NCBI GenBank assembly: GCA_017417215.1
Contig: JAFPZP010000083.1
Span: 906 to 64,905, forward strand
Direction: 5' to 3'
Source of the DNA: Candidatus Rifleibacteriota bacterium
GTDB lineage: Bacteria; Muiribacteriota; Ozemobacteria; Ozemobacterales; Ozemobacteraceae
DNA: 64,000 nucleotides
Part shown: piece after piece, positions 63,506 through 64,000 of the stretch
Numbering within the stretch: the stretch's first letter is position 1
Layout of the letters: each line of letters opens with the position of its first letter
Made by a program: the position numbers and the translations under genes
The notes under the pieces: generated by a model
Told to the model about the DNA's origin: nothing
The model's input: only the letters and a program-made list of their open reading frames with translations
Database searches by the model: none

Positions 63506-64000
63506 TTACTTAACAGAGCCGTTGCAGATACGTTTGCCTGACTTGCGGTCGAAGAGAAGAATACCATCACCGCCAATGTCGAAGCGAACTTTCTGACCAA
63601 TTGCGAAAGCTGTGCTTCCGAAAACAACGCTGGTAAGCAGGAAGTTATCAAGTTTAAGCTTGAGAGTTGATTCCATACCAGTAGGCATAGCACCGTAAAC
63701 TTCTGCTTCAAAAGCACCTTTTTCATTAATGTGGATGTATTCTGGTCTTACACCGATAAAGAAATCTTCGTTGGTGACTTCTTTCTTTTCTTCGGCGTGG
63801 TCTTCAACAGCCTTATCAATACGAGGTTTGAAGAGTTCATCCTTGTTCTGCTTGTCAATAACAACAACCTTGCTAGCTGCTTCGTCTCTTTCTTTGAACC
63901 ATTTATCAAGAGATAATTTTTCATTAGATGAAGATTTATCTAAGGATAAAGATTCTTTTGGAGTGAAAGTTATTTTTTTGCCGTTAAGTATTTCTAAGGC
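63506..64000 (-). CDS. ABC transporter ATP-binding protein, C-terminal regulatory (TOBE-like) part; gene continues past the right edge
   Basis: The minus frame is open from the window edge to the TAA at 63506. ...FFIGVRPEYIHINEKGAFEAEVYGAMPTGMESTLKLKLDNFLLTSVVFGSTAFAIGQKVRFDIGGDGILLFDRKSGKRI is the MalK/UgpC/MsmX-type C-terminus. The track lists only the part from the internal Met onward (63506..63688). Confidence 0.6.
   Translation of the reverse strand, partial: ALEILNGKKITFTPKESLSLDKSSSNEKLSLDKWFKERDEAASKVVVIDKQNKDELFKPRIDKAVEDHAEEKKEVTNEDFFIGVRPEYIHINEKGAFEAEVYGAMPTGMESTLKLKLDNFLLTSVVFGSTAFAIGQKVRFDIGGDGILLFDRKSGKRICNGSVK

Overview
This is a 64-kb chromosomal segment from an AT-rich bacterium with an outer membrane (it encodes an autotransporter, HtrA and lipoproteins). 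I cannot place it taxonomically from the sequence alone.

Backbone genes. Most of the window is ordinary housekeeping: rpoD (partial) and dnaG, RNase P RNA (rnpB), der-plsY, gpsA, lepA, a class A PBP, trpS, arfB, dus, hfq, htrA, and the 3' end of a MalK/UgpC-like ABC ATPase at the right edge. All three stop codons terminate normal genes, so the genetic code is standard.

What stands out:
1. The intergenic DNA is a mosaic of several repeat families.
 - A 73-nt palindrome with CTAC/GTAG termini (REP/REPIN-like) has 6 full and 2 partial copies.
 - A roughly 170-nt composite element consists of a small palindrome, a GGT-rich tract, then a 120-nt hairpin bounded by GCGGACAG/CTGTCCGC and followed by a T-run. 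In 3 of 3 copies it sits directly at the 3' end of a gene on the same strand. In two cases the repeat supplies the gene's stop codon.
 - There are also purine-rich 7- and 8-mer tracts and a 550-bp field of nested hairpins.
2. A roughly 1400-aa ESPR-type autotransporter adhesin is split by a frameshift at an A6 tract. The whole gene is bracketed by a 28/30 inverted repeat and lies between plsY and gpsA.
3. A signalling cluster has an operon of FHA-domain CpaE/MinD-like ATPase, Ser/Thr kinase and PP2C phosphatase, convergent with a paralogous ATPase fused to a cNMP-binding-like domain. No pilus or division genes are nearby.
4. Three unusual single proteins or operons:
 - Hfq carries a roughly 200-aa tail of DGYRRDN repeats.
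 - A cNMP-binding domain is fused to a roughly 80-aa MCP hairpin-tip fragment.
 - A 4-gene pseudopilin-like operon has Ala instead of Gly at the predicted cleavage site and includes an 804-aa member.
5. rpoD contains an in-frame TAA between regions 1.1 and 1.2.

All function calls rest on motifs I recognised by eye. No database search was run.
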